DNA of 64,000 nucleotides from an uncultured Ruminococcus sp. (GCA_964454205.1 CAYVSV010000001.1:33924-97923); one strand, 5' to 3'. Positions 7,379 to 17,346 are shown, numbered from the stretch's first letter. Notes: generated by a model not told the origin, from the sequence alone. Made by a program: numbers and translations.

Positions 7379-10150
7379 TTAAACCCGCTTATTCAATGTG
7401 ATCCTCTTGTCCGTTATCTTCGGGAACACCTCGACCAGATTATGCGGCTTTTTGAGCGGCGCGGTCTCGAAATTCTGCGTCTTGTATCCGATGTTTCGGA
7501 TTATCTTGTTCACTCTGTCCTTCATCGGCTCTATCTCGCGCTCGAACCTCGGGGGATAGAGCAGCGAAAGGTTCACGTCCTCGCCGAGAGCGTACATATT
7601 CAGCTCGAACCTTCCTATGCTGTCTATATCAAACGTCAGGAACAGATGATAATTCCGCTGCGTTCCCGGGGTGTTGTTCGGGTTGTTCTCGTCGTTGTCC
7701 ACCCACAATTCCCCGAATGCGCGCGTATTTGCCACTTCAAGAGGGAGAATGTAATGCGCAAGCGGCGTGAACACTCCCGGCGCGTTCAGAAGGCTTTGCA
7801 GAAGGTTGGAGGCGTTGAAGCTGTCGAGCGATTTCAGCGCGGGGTTGTTGATGTTCGTCTGGATAAAATCCGTGAGGTTATCCAGCGTGGAGCTTACGGG
7901 CGGGCGCACTCCGTGCTGAGGGAGCTCGTTCTTTACCGCCATTTTGTCGATTATATCCACGAAAACGCCGTACAGCCTCTCGCGGAGCGGAACATCGGGC
8001 AAGTCCCTCAAAAGAGAGTTCAGATCGTCTATCATCTCCTGCATGGTGTTCACCTTGGCGAAATCATCATGCATCATGTTTATCTGCTCCTGCGCCTCCG
8101 TGTCGTCCTGTCCCATAAACAGCCCGTCTATTATCGCCTTGATAGCGTCCATACCGCTGAATTTTCCGCGGTTATACGCCCCGACTATGCTCTCGAGATT
8201 ATATCCCGAAGATTTGAGCTGCTGAGTGTACCCCTGGTTCGACATCATATCATTAAGGAACTTGTGCCAGCCGGTTATCTCGTGTTCTTCCTCCTCAACG
8301 GGGCTCTCGAAGATCGGGTTGCCGTCGAGATCGAACACCTGCTCGTGAAGTATGCGCTTTCCGTTCTTGTCGAATAATTTCACGCGGTAACCTATTATCT
8401 CGCCTATCTCATTCAGAACGGGCTCTTGCGGGATAGTCGCAAGCGGATATCCGTCGCCGTCAACCAGCGGCTGCAAGAACGGGTTGCCGTCCGCGTCGAA
8501 GAGAGCTCGCGGCTGATACGCCGCAACTTCTCCGTTCTGGTCGAAAAGCGGTATTGCGGGAATGAACGGCAGAATGTTTCCGTTTATGTCAACAAGCGGC
8601 TGATTTAACACGGGGTTTCCGTTCTGACTGAACAGGTGCGCTGTAAAACCCGCTTGATCTCCGCTTTCGTCGTAGACCGGGTAACGCGGCGTGAACGCCA
8701 TGGGGTTTCCGTTCTCGTCAACCAGCGTCTGCTGTATAAGATCGCCGTTTTCATCGAAGAGTGGCTCCGCGAAATAGCCCATGCTGTTTCCGTTTTCGTC
8801 AAACACCGCCGCCCCGAGCTCATACGGGATAAAGTTTCCGTCCTCGTCCATAAGCGGGTGACCCGAAACAAGACTTCCGAACTCGTCAAACATAGCCTGC
8901 GGGATAAATCCCACTTGTCTGCCCTCGCTGTCGAATACCGGCTGGTCTGGCGAAAAGGGGATAAATTTTCCATTTTCGTCCAGAATACGGTTGATGTTCG
9001 GGTCTTGAAAACCGATAGGTTCGCCCTCTGCGTCAAATATTTCGATAGGTTCTTTATTATTAGATGTGGCAATTTCACCAATATTCGCAGATGAAATTTT
9101 GTCATTTTGCTGAATTTGTGTGCTAACCTCCTCAAAAACCGCATTTTTCCCCTCCGAATTTTCCGAAAGTGGTTGATTTTTTAAGGAGTTTGTTGTATAA
9201 TTATTATCGGAGACTTGGTTTTCTTGTTCGCCCATATTTGCTATCTCTTCCATGGTGTGGGGATCCTGCATCGGTTTCTGGTCGAAGATAGCTGAATAAA
9301 GTCTGTTGAAGGAGTTCTTAAGGCTCTCGCGGAGAGTTCCCGAGGATATTTGAGTCAGCAGAAGATTGAACTGTTCTCTGCACATATAAGGGTTGTTGTT
9401 GTAACGCGAAAGATTGTGCGTGATGAGCGGGAGAAGCATTTGGGTCTTGTCATCGTTGAGAAGACTTCCGCTTACGTCCTTGAGGATAGAGAGCGTTTCA
9501 CCCTTCAGCATCTCGAAATACTTATCCGCGTCGTTCGCCCCCCATTTCTGGGAAAGGTCCAAAAGCTTCTGCGAAAGCTTCTCGTTCGGTGAATAGTATT
9601 CGGAGAGGAATTTGAGGTTCGCGCGGAGAGCGCCCAATATCTCGCTTTTGTTCTGCGCAAAGTTTATCGATTTCAGCAGATTTCCGATAAGCTCCTTAGT
9701 GGCGGGATCGGAGGTCGTCTGAGCTACCTCGCGGAGAACATCGTAGAACTCGTGACCCGAGAACATCGTGTTTTGCTGTTCTTGGTTCTGTATTTCGTCT
9801 ACAAGCTCTTCCGCGGTGACGTACAGCTCCTTCGCGAGATTTTGAAGGCTTCCGTAAAGCTCGGTGTGACCGGTAACAAGCGCTTGGTTCAAAACCTCGA
9901 CGTTTAACAGGTCTTTGAGCATTTCCACGGCGAGGGTGGGGTCTTTCGCGACCTGCACCTGCAAGGGGATAAGCTCGCGGTTGCCCATTTCGAGGCGGCT
10001 TTTGGAAGCTGAATCCGAATTGACGCCCGCGCCGCCCACGCCCGTGAGCTTTACGATGTCAAACGGTTCGGTATTCGCGTCCTGCTGACGCGGGCTGTAA
10101 TTATAGTTTTTTGAGGTTATGGGGTTATTTATCTGCGGGATCTGTGCCAT
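7379..10150 (-). CDS. FliK-like (hook-length control/YlqG-like) protein, 923 aa, with an internal hairpin-repeat region
   Basis: C-terminus (YILPL...GELWVD...HLFLTFDIDSIGRFELNMYA...VNLSL) resembles the Flg_hook domain; lies upstream of the FlhB-C-like gene; RBS AGGAGG ahead of ATG 10150; sigma28 promoter upstream. Confidence 0.7.
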   Translation of the reverse strand: MAQIPQINNPITSKNYNYSPRQQDANTEPFDIVKLTGVGGAGVNSDSASKSRLEMGNRELIPLQVQVAKDPTLAVEMLKDLLNVEVLNQALVTGHTELYGSLQNLAKELYVTAEELVDEIQNQEQQNTMFSGHEFYDVLREVAQTTSDPATKELIGNLLKSINFAQNKSEILGALRANLKFLSEYYSPNEKLSQKLLDLSQKWGANDADKYFEMLKGETLSILKDVSGSLLNDDKTQMLLPLITHNLSRYNNNPYMCREQFNLLLTQISSGTLRESLKNSFNRLYSAIFDQKPMQDPHTMEEIANMGEQENQVSDNNYTTNSLKNQPLSENSEGKNAVFEEVSTQIQQNDKISSANIGEIATSNNKEPIEIFDAEGEPIGFQDPNINRILDENGKFIPFSPDQPVFDSEGRQVGFIPQAMFDEFGSLVSGHPLMDEDGNFIPYELGAAVFDENGNSMGYFAEPLFDENGDLIQQTLVDENGNPMAFTPRYPVYDESGDQAGFTAHLFSQNGNPVLNQPLVDINGNILPFIPAIPLFDQNGEVAAYQPRALFDADGNPFLQPLVDGDGYPLATIPQEPVLNEIGEIIGYRVKLFDKNGKRILHEQVFDLDGNPIFESPVEEEEHEITGWHKFLNDMMSNQGYTQQLKSSGYNLESIVGAYNRGKFSGMDAIKAIIDGLFMGQDDTEAQEQINMMHDDFAKVNTMQEMIDDLNSLLRDLPDVPLRERLYGVFVDIIDKMAVKNELPQHGVRPPVSSTLDNLTDFIQTNINNPALKSLDSFNASNLLQSLLNAPGVFTPLAHYILPLEVANTRAFGELWVDNDENNPNNTPGTQRNYHLFLTFDIDSIGRFELNMYALGEDVNLSLLYPPRFEREIEPMKDRVNKIIRNIGYKTQNFETAPLKKPHNLVEVFPKITDKRITLNKRV

Positions 10151-10275
10151 TGTGATGTCCCTCCTACAAGAAATCTTAACTCTTGACTCTATTGTAGCAT
10201 ATTTTTTTAAAATAAAAAAGGGGTTTTTGAAAAAATAGCGAAAATTATTGGAGCTGCAGGGCAGTTCTTTTACAT

Positions 10276-10303
10276 ATATCGGCTGAAAATCATTATTATT
10301 TAG
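10276..10303 (-). promoter_or_regulatory. Sigma28 (SigD/FliA) promoter
   Basis: Minus strand reads CTAAA-15 bp-GCCGATAT, an exact match to the SigD consensus, pointing at the FliK-like gene. Confidence 0.85.
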
Positions 10304-10378
10304 CAAAATAAACGCATAGCGCGCGGAGATGGGGATTATTTCCGATAAGCGGGGCGTATTCGGAAAGGAATTGAAAAT

Positions 10379-12490
10379 ATGGCTAAAATCGAATCGGGCA
10401 TGGAAGCAATGCTTGACATGTATTTCTACGAGACCAACTCACTGTTGGAACAACTTGATGAAATACTGCTTCGCACAGAACAGTCAAACGCTTTTGAGAG
10501 CGACGACATTAAAGAGATCTTCCGTATAATGCACACTATCAAGGGCTCTTCGGCAATGATGGGCTTTGATAATCTGTCTGTTTTGGCACATAAGGCGGAG
10601 GATATGTTCTTCGTCATAAGAGAACACCCCGACGTTATCACGGACGTAAGCTTCGTCTACGACCTTGTATTCCAGGTTTCCGACTCATATAAAGCGCAGA
10701 TAGAGGCGCTTCAGAATAACATCAACGGCGAGTATGAGGCGATGAACTTCGACGATCTCATCGACAAGCTGATAAAGGCTCGCGACAAGCTGAACAGCGA
10801 GGCTTCCGGGGAGGCTGTCTCCGAGGACGCTCCCGCGGCAGGCGGCGCGGCGGCGGTTCCCGCGGTAAGCGGCGGAAATACCAATGTACGCGTATTTTTC
10901 GAGGACGGCTGCCAGATGGAAAATCTCCGCGCGTTCCTGCTTATAAACTCAATACGCGAGGAGTGCTCGTTCCTCGAGTTCTCGCCGCAGGACGTTGAAA
11001 CAAACGCGGAGACCTCAAAAGATATTATCGACAACGGTTTTTTCGTTTCGTTCACGGCTAACGACGGAAAGACGGATTATGTTCTGAAACTGATAGAAGG
11101 CGCGATGAACGTTCAGTCTTATGAGGTTATAAACAGCGTTCCCGAGGATCCCAAAGAGGAAGCCCCCAAAGCTGAGATACCGCCCGAACCCGCAAAACAG
11201 GAGCTCAAGACCGAAAAACCCGCTGCTCCTGCGGCTGCTCCCGCTCCCGCGGCGCAGAATTCCTCTGTCGAGAAGGCGCAGGCTGCCGTTGCGAACGCAA
11301 ACGGCGGAGCGCAGCAGAAGCAGAGCCTTATCAGCGTAAACCTCGCAAAGCTGGACGCGCTGCATGATATAGTCGGCGAGATAATTACCACCGAATCTAT
11401 GGTTATCTCCAACCCCGACCTCGAGGGTCTGGAGCTCGAAAGCTTCAACAAGGCTGCCCGCGATCTGAAAAAGCTCACCGGCGAGCTTCAGGACACCGTT
11501 ATGTCCATAAGAATGGTGCCCTTGGCGGGCGTTTTCCAGAAGATGAACAGAATTGTCCGCGATATGAGAAAGAAGCTCGGCAGAGATGTTGAATTCGTTC
11601 TCGAAGGCGAGGACACAGAGGTCGACAAGTCCATCGTCGATAACCTGCAAGACCCGCTTATGCACCTTGTCCGCAACTGTATGGATCACGGAATAGGCGA
11701 GGAGGATCCGGAAAGCAGAACGGCGCTCGGCAAGCCGGCGAAGGCTACGCTCCGTCTCACGGCACAGAACGCTTCGGGCGAGGTTATCATAACCGTTTCC
11801 GATGACGGACAGGGCATCGACCCCGAAAAGATAATGAATAAGGCAAAGAGAATGGGTCTTCTCACAAAACCCGAAAGCGAATATTCGGACAGAGAGATAC
11901 AGAATATGATCCTCCTTCCCGGATTTTCAACGAACGAGGTCGTTACCGAGTTCTCGGGGCGCGGCGTTGGCATGGACGTCGTAAAGGCGAATATCGAAAA
12001 GTGCGGCGGTCAGATAATCGTCGATTCCAAGAAGGGCGAAGGCACCAACTTCATTATTAAAATACCGCTCACAATGGCTATCATCGACGGTATGGAGATC
12101 ACGGTCGGCGATCTTGTATTCGCAGTCCCCATTTCCACTATCCACGAGAGCTTCAAGGTAGAGCCCGGACAGCTCCTGCGCGATACCGGCGGCAAGGAAA
12201 TGATAATGATACGCGGCGTTGTCTACCCGATACTCAGACTGCACGAAAAGTTTATGATAGACACCGAGGTCACAAATCTCGAAGACGGTATTCTGCTTTT
12301 GGTTGAGACCGATAATAAGAGTATGTGTATCTTCGCGGATAAGCTCATAGGCGAACAGCAGGTTGTCGTTAAACCTTTCCCGAAATATTTGTCGCGCTAT
12401 AACATCAAGGGCGAGGGTCTTTCGGGCTGTACGATAATGGGCGACGGTTCTATTTCGCTCATTATTGATACGAATACGCTTATCGGTTAA
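10379..12490 (+). CDS. cheA: Chemotaxis histidine kinase CheA
   Basis: HPt IFRIMHTIKGSS, P2 domain, HLVRNCMDHGI, DDGQGI, GFST...SGRGVGMDVV and C-terminal CheW domain. Confidence 0.97.
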   Translation: MAKIESGMEAMLDMYFYETNSLLEQLDEILLRTEQSNAFESDDIKEIFRIMHTIKGSSAMMGFDNLSVLAHKAEDMFFVIREHPDVITDVSFVYDLVFQVSDSYKAQIEALQNNINGEYEAMNFDDLIDKLIKARDKLNSEASGEAVSEDAPAAGGAAAVPAVSGGNTNVRVFFEDGCQMENLRAFLLINSIREECSFLEFSPQDVETNAETSKDIIDNGFFVSFTANDGKTDYVLKLIEGAMNVQSYEVINSVPEDPKEEAPKAEIPPEPAKQELKTEKPAAPAAAPAPAAQNSSVEKAQAAVANANGGAQQKQSLISVNLAKLDALHDIVGEIITTESMVISNPDLEGLELESFNKAARDLKKLTGELQDTVMSIRMVPLAGVFQKMNRIVRDMRKKLGRDVEFVLEGEDTEVDKSIVDNLQDPLMHLVRNCMDHGIGEEDPESRTALGKPAKATLRLTAQNASGEVIITVSDDGQGIDPEKIMNKAKRMGLLTKPESEYSDREIQNMILLPGFSTNEVVTEFSGRGVGMDVVKANIEKCGGQIIVDSKKGEGTNFIIKIPLTMAIIDGMEITVGDLVFAVPISTIHESFKVEPGQLLRDTGGKEMIMIRGVVYPILRLHEKFMIDTEVTNLEDGILLLVETDNKSMCIFADKLIGEQQVVVKPFPKYLSRYNIKGEGLSGCTIMGDGSISLIIDTNTLIG

Positions 12491-12503
12491 GGGGGGAAGA
12501 AAA

Positions 12504-13010
12504 ATGACTAGTGAAGTAATAAAAGAAGCAGTCGCTAAACAGCAGTCCGGAGACAGAAAGCTCGCCGCCGACAACAGTATACTCGGAAAGGTAATGACCT
12601 TTAACATTGGCGAGCAGGTTTACGGTATCGAGATACAGTATGTAATCGAAATAATCGGTATGGCGCATATCACCAAAGTGCCGCACGTTCCGAATTATAT
12701 TAAAGGTATAATAAACGTGCGTTCTAAGGTAGTGCCTATCGTGGATATCAGAACGCGCTTCGGTAAGCCCGAGATACCCTATACCTCGCGTACCTGCATC
12801 ATCACGCTTTCTTTCAACGATATTTCCGTGGGAATTATTGTCGACAGCGTTGCGGACGTTGAGGATATCCACACAAGCGACATCTCGGCTACGCCGCAGA
12901 ACAAGAATGTGAACGAAAACGACTTCATTCAGTATATGATCCGCGGAGAGAATGACAACACAAAGCTCATTCTGGACGTTGCAAAGCTGCTTGACGAACA
13001 GGAGGCGTAA
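12504..13010 (+). CDS. cheW: Chemotaxis coupling protein CheW
   Basis: YGIEIQYVIEII, ITKVPHVPNYIKGIINVR, GIIVDSV motifs. Confidence 0.95.
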   Translation: MTSEVIKEAVAKQQSGDRKLAADNSILGKVMTFNIGEQVYGIEIQYVIEIIGMAHITKVPHVPNYIKGIINVRSKVVPIVDIRTRFGKPEIPYTSRTCIITLSFNDISVGIIVDSVADVEDIHTSDISATPQNKNVNENDFIQYMIRGENDNTKLILDVAKLLDEQEA

Positions 13011-13013
13011 ACC

Positions 13014-13844
13014 TTGGGTCTGGAGATAACCGATGCCGAGTTTCAACGGCTCGTAAAGTATATGTACGATAATTTCGGGATAAATCTGTCCGCAAAAAAG
13101 GTGTTGGTTCAGGGCAGGCTCGGAAATATGCTGAGCGACCGCGGCTTTAAAAGCTATGACGATTATCTTGACGCGGTAATAAAGGACTCTTCGGGAGCAG
13201 AGGTCACAACTATCCTCAATAAGCTCACCACAAACCACACCTTCTTTATGAGAGAGCCCGAGCATTATACTTTCTTAAAGGATACCATCCTCCCATATAT
13301 GACGGAGACCTGCAAAAACGACCATATCTTAAGGATATGGAGCGCGGCGTGCTCTTCCGGTGAGGAATGTTACACCACGGCAATGCTTATGGATCAATAT
13401 TTCGGCGCGGAAAAGGCGAAGTGGGACACGATAATCCTCGCAACGGATATCTCACAGGACGTTATCGGAAAGGCAAAGCGCGGGATATACTCCGAGGAAG
13501 GAATGAAGGGGCTTTCCAACGATTGGAAGGACAGATACTTCAATAAATTAAGCGACGGAAGATATGAGATCTGCCAGGGGATAAAGGACGAGGTGGTCTT
13601 CAAGACCTTCAACCTGATGGATCCTATGCCGGATAAGTACAAGGCGAAGCCGTTCGATCTCATTTTCTGCCGCAACGTTATGATCTATTTCGACGCTCCC
13701 ACAAAACAGGCGCTTGTAAACAGATTTTACGACGTGGTAAAACCGGGCGGGTATTTCTTCATAGGACACGCGGAAAGCGTAAACAGAAACGATACGAAGT
13801 TCGAGTATATAAAGCCCGCGATATACCGCCATCCCGAGAAGTAA
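13014..13844 (+). CDS. cheR: Chemotaxis protein-glutamate methyltransferase CheR
   Basis: LTTNHTFFMRE, RIWSAACSSGEE, ATDIS, FDLIFCRNVMIYF and GHAES motifs; TTG start with GGAGG RBS. Confidence 0.97.
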   Translation: MGLEITDAEFQRLVKYMYDNFGINLSAKKVLVQGRLGNMLSDRGFKSYDDYLDAVIKDSSGAEVTTILNKLTTNHTFFMREPEHYTFLKDTILPYMTETCKNDHILRIWSAACSSGEECYTTAMLMDQYFGAEKAKWDTIILATDISQDVIGKAKRGIYSEEGMKGLSNDWKDRYFNKLSDGRYEICQGIKDEVVFKTFNLMDPMPDKYKAKPFDLIFCRNVMIYFDAPTKQALVNRFYDVVKPGGYFFIGHAESVNRNDTKFEYIKPAIYRHPEK

Positions 13845-13853
13845 AAAATCTTC

Positions 13854-13876
13854 TTTCCCCGCTTATGGCGGGGAAA
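13854..13876. repeat. REP-like palindrome copy (degenerate loop)
   Basis: TTTCCCCGC-TTATG-GCGGGGAAA between cheR and cheB. Confidence 0.7.
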
Positions 13877-13914
13877 ATTACCAAATAGTTACCAAATAGT
13901 AAGGGGCATTCTTT

Positions 13915-15123
13915 ATGGAGAGAATAAAGCTTTTAGTCGTAGATGATTCCATTCTGTTCAGAGAGGTTTTGTCGCGGTATATTCAGCAGGACGATCTTAT
14001 CGAGATAATCGGAAAAGCAGGAGACGCTTATTCCGCAAGAGACCTTATCGAACAATACGATCCCGACGTTATGACGCTCGATCTTGAAATGCCGCGTATG
14101 GACGGAGTGAACTTTCTTCAAAAGCTTTTACCTCAATACTATATCCCGACTATTGTCGTGTCGAGCTCCAACGCCAGAAGGAACGACTGCAAAAACGCCG
14201 GGGCAGTGGAGTTTCTCGCAAAACCCGCCGCCCGCACCAACAACGATATGGCGATTTTCGCGGCGGAGCTTTGCAAGGCGATAAGAAGGGCTTACAAATC
14301 CAACCACCCGAATTCCAAGATCGATATAAACAACATTCCCATAAAAACGACGCAGGCAAAGCCCGCGGCGCAGGCAAGTCCGGCGACGGCTTCAAACGTG
14401 CCAAAAAACATACGCAATATCGCGGAGCTTGCGGCGCAGGCAGAAAAAACCGTCTCTCAGAGAGCGCAGAGCAATTCTCCTATGCAGAACCAAGTAAACT
14501 CCGCAGCTCCGGTAAACCCCGCGCCTCCGACAGGAAAGCACGCGAAGGTAAAGCGTTCGGAAGCGATTATAGCGCTGGGAGCTTCAACGGGCGGCACGGA
14601 GGCTCTGGAGCAGGTTATAAGAACGTTCCCCGCAAACACTCCGCCCGTCATAATCGTGCAGCACATGCCCGCGGGATTTACCAAGCTCTACGCGGAACGT
14701 CTCAACCGCTCTTGTAAAATGGAGGTCAAAGAGGCTGTTGACGGCGAACGGCTGCGGCACGGTCTGATAGTTGTCGGCGCGGGCGAGCATCATCTGCGTT
14801 TGTGCAAGGATGTAAGAGGATGGTACATTTCCTCAAAGCCGGGCGAAAAGGTCTCGGGGCATTGTCCGTCGGTCGATGTGATGTTCAACTCGGTTGCGGA
14901 AGTGGCGGGACCGCTCGCTATCGGAGCTATCCTTACGGGAATGGGACGCGACGGCGCGGACGGCTTGCTTCGTATGAGACAGGCGGGCGCTTTCACCGTA
15001 GGTCAGGACAAGGAGACCTGCGTGGTTTACGGTATGCCCATGGAAGCCTTCAACTGCGGCGCTGTAGAGGTGCAGGCGCCTCTCTATAAGATAGCGGAAA
15101 TAATCCTTAACCAGATAATGTGA
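13915..15123 (+). CDS. cheB: Chemotaxis methylesterase CheB with a long linker
   Basis: Receiver domain (VVDDS, TLDLEMP) plus GASTGG, QHMP, HCPSVD, LTGMGRDG and YGMP motifs. Confidence 0.97.
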   Translation: MERIKLLVVDDSILFREVLSRYIQQDDLIEIIGKAGDAYSARDLIEQYDPDVMTLDLEMPRMDGVNFLQKLLPQYYIPTIVVSSSNARRNDCKNAGAVEFLAKPAARTNNDMAIFAAELCKAIRRAYKSNHPNSKIDINNIPIKTTQAKPAAQASPATASNVPKNIRNIAELAAQAEKTVSQRAQSNSPMQNQVNSAAPVNPAPPTGKHAKVKRSEAIIALGASTGGTEALEQVIRTFPANTPPVIIVQHMPAGFTKLYAERLNRSCKMEVKEAVDGERLRHGLIVVGAGEHHLRLCKDVRGWYISSKPGEKVSGHCPSVDVMFNSVAEVAGPLAIGAILTGMGRDGADGLLRMRQAGAFTVGQDKETCVVYGMPMEAFNCGAVEVQAPLYKIAEIILNQIM

Positions 15124-15225
15124 TCGTTAGAGATACCCGTATGTACCTATTATAATATAGAGCTCGTCTTTTTCAGGCGGGCTTTTTTATATGTTAGAAT
15201 TTAATTTGTGATAATTTGCTTTTTG

Positions 15226-15864
15226 TTTTCAACATTTAACACGAAAAAAGTTGATAAAAAAGTTTTCCTCTTTAATTCAAACGATATTCAACCGAATCGG
15301 GCGAGCTTCAAACTTATCAACCGAAAAAATTTTGCGCTAGATAATGCCGTTTGTAAACACTTTCAACAGGGTTTTCAACATTTTCACAGGTTTTAAACAC
15401 TTTACAGTTGAAAACTTATTCCAAAAGAGCGTTTTTTTATGAAAAGTGAAATGTTTTCAACAATTTTTAAAATAATTTTTTTGAAGCAACGAGATAATCG
15501 CATTTGTCGAACTCAAAAAAATATTCCGAATTGAAAAATTTTTAAGTATTTTTTGCGTCGATCGTTCAAAAAATAAATTTCGGAAATTTTTCTACCGAAA
15601 AAAACCTCTATCTAAACGGATTTATTCACATTTTCAACAGAGTTTTCAACAATTTTACGAACTTTACGCTTTGTATAAACTCCAAACGGATTTTTAACCG
15701 AGAAAAGTTGAAAACTCGGGAAAACGAGGAACGGAAATTTTTTAAGTGCCTGTTCCGCATTTCCGCGTGAGCAATTTTTTGAGATTTTTTCGGCTTCAGG
15801 CGGGAATAACACTGAAAATACATTTTTTTACAAATAATAACCTGCCGTTTGTTGAAAATTCACA
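15226..15864. promoter_or_regulatory. DnaA-box cluster upstream of dnaA (left part of a bipartite oriC)
   Basis: AT-rich 0.85-kb intergenic region: TTTTCAACA at 15226, 15372, 15454, 15631, 15643 and 15850(-), TTATTCACA at 15622, plus several near matches. Confidence 0.85.
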
Positions 15865-15906
15865 GGAAATTTCTTAATTTCAGTTGTTATTTCTGTATAA
15901 AAAAAC

Positions 15907-15935
15907 TTGAAAAAGTTTGTCGTTTATGGTATAAT
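15907..15935 (+). promoter_or_regulatory. SigA promoter of dnaA
   Basis: TTGAAA-17 bp-TATAAT with TG extension. Confidence 0.8.
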
Positions 15936-15987
15936 TATATAAAGTATATAAAATCCCAAAGTGTGTCAATGGAATGGTGATAAAAAT

Positions 15988-17346
15988 ATGGAAAATTCTT
16001 TGAATTCTCTCTCGGATATTTATAAGCGCGTGGTGGAAAATTGCGTCGAGGCTTACGAGCTGTCCGATACGGCAAGAGACATCTGGCTCGATCCGCTCGA
16101 GCCCGTAAAAATGGACGGAAATACCTTCGTGCTGGCTACCGATATTGATTTCAAACGCGATACGCTGAATTCGCTTTACGTTCCTTATATAGAAGAGCAG
16201 CTCAAGGTGATACTCGGGGTGCCGATAAAGGCGGAAATAATCGTGGACAGCAGCACCGCGGCGAATAAGCCTCCCATTTCCAAGGTGATAAACGCAGACC
16301 CCGTAAACAGCACTATCGGGAATATCAACGACAAAATAACGTATACTTTTGATAATTTTATCGTGGGTCCTTCAAACAATCTGGCGTATGTGGCGGCAAA
16401 GGCTGTTTCAAAAAAGCAGCACGAGAAGTTCAATCCGCTGTTTATCTACGGGGAATCGGGACTTGGAAAAACTCACCTTCTTTCGGCGATAAAATCCGAA
16501 ATGAAAAGCAATTTCCCCGGGATCAATATAATCTATATCCCCGCGGAAACATTCACAAATGAATTTCTTCGCGCGATCTCCGCAAATAATGTTGATGAGT
16601 TCGACGAAAAATACAGAAGCGCAGACGCTCTGCTTATCGACGATATACAGTTTATCGCGGGCAAGGATCAGACCGAGGAAAAATTCTTCCATATCTTCAA
16701 CGAGCTGTATAATCAGAATAAGGTGATAGTGCTCACCTCGGACAGACCCGCAAAGGAAATAAAATCCATTTCCGACAGATTGAGGACTCGCTTTTCAAGC
16801 GGACTTATCGCGGATGTTAAAGCTCCGGAGTATGAGACAAGGCTCGCGATAATTCAGCGTAAGGCGGAGCTGTTGAACTTCAATATCGGAGACGAGGTAA
16901 TAGACTACATCGCCTCAAAGCTAAAATCCAATATAAGACAGATAGAAGGCGTTGTTACCAAGCTGAACGCTCTGTACACCGTCTCGCAGATGAAGCCCAC
17001 GATAACCGTGGCGCAGAACGTCATTAAGGATATCGTGACGGATCATCAGCCTATCCCCGTGACTATCGACAAGATAATCGGCGAGGTCGGGAAAATATAT
17101 AACATAGACCCCGATGAAATGCGTTCGCAAAGGCGCACCGCCAACATCTCCGAGGCGAGAAAGGTCGCGATATATGTTATACAGGACGTGACCGGGCTTC
17201 CTTATGAAATGATAGGTCAGGAATTCAACGGGCGCGATCACTCAACGGTGGTTTACGCGATAAAATCCGTTAAAGAACGAATGGAGCACGACAGCAATTT
17301 CCGTTCGACTATCGAGGACATCATAAAGAACATCAAAACCCAGTAA
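15988..17346 (+). CDS. dnaA: Chromosomal replication initiator DnaA
   Basis: YTFDNFIVG, NPLFIYGESGLGKTHL, LLIDDIQF, RLRTRF and GRDHSTV motifs. Confidence 0.99.
   Translation: MENSLNSLSDIYKRVVENCVEAYELSDTARDIWLDPLEPVKMDGNTFVLATDIDFKRDTLNSLYVPYIEEQLKVILGVPIKAEIIVDSSTAANKPPISKVINADPVNSTIGNINDKITYTFDNFIVGPSNNLAYVAAKAVSKKQHEKFNPLFIYGESGLGKTHLLSAIKSEMKSNFPGINIIYIPAETFTNEFLRAISANNVDEFDEKYRSADALLIDDIQFIAGKDQTEEKFFHIFNELYNQNKVIVLTSDRPAKEIKSISDRLRTRFSSGLIADVKAPEYETRLAIIQRKAELLNFNIGDEVIDYIASKLKSNIRQIEGVVTKLNALYTVSQMKPTITVAQNVIKDIVTDHQPIPVTIDKIIGEVGKIYNIDPDEMRSQRRTANISEARKVAIYVIQDVTGLPYEMIGQEFNGRDHSTVVYAIKSVKERMEHDSNFRSTIEDIIKNIKTQ

Noticed and set aside
15124-15960. rpmH or other small genes upstream of dnaA; ORFs 15208-15396, 15612-15812 and 15626-15823
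   Set aside because: I found no L34-like MKRTxQP frame or RBS. The ORFs are chance frames in AT-rich, DnaA-box-rich DNA.
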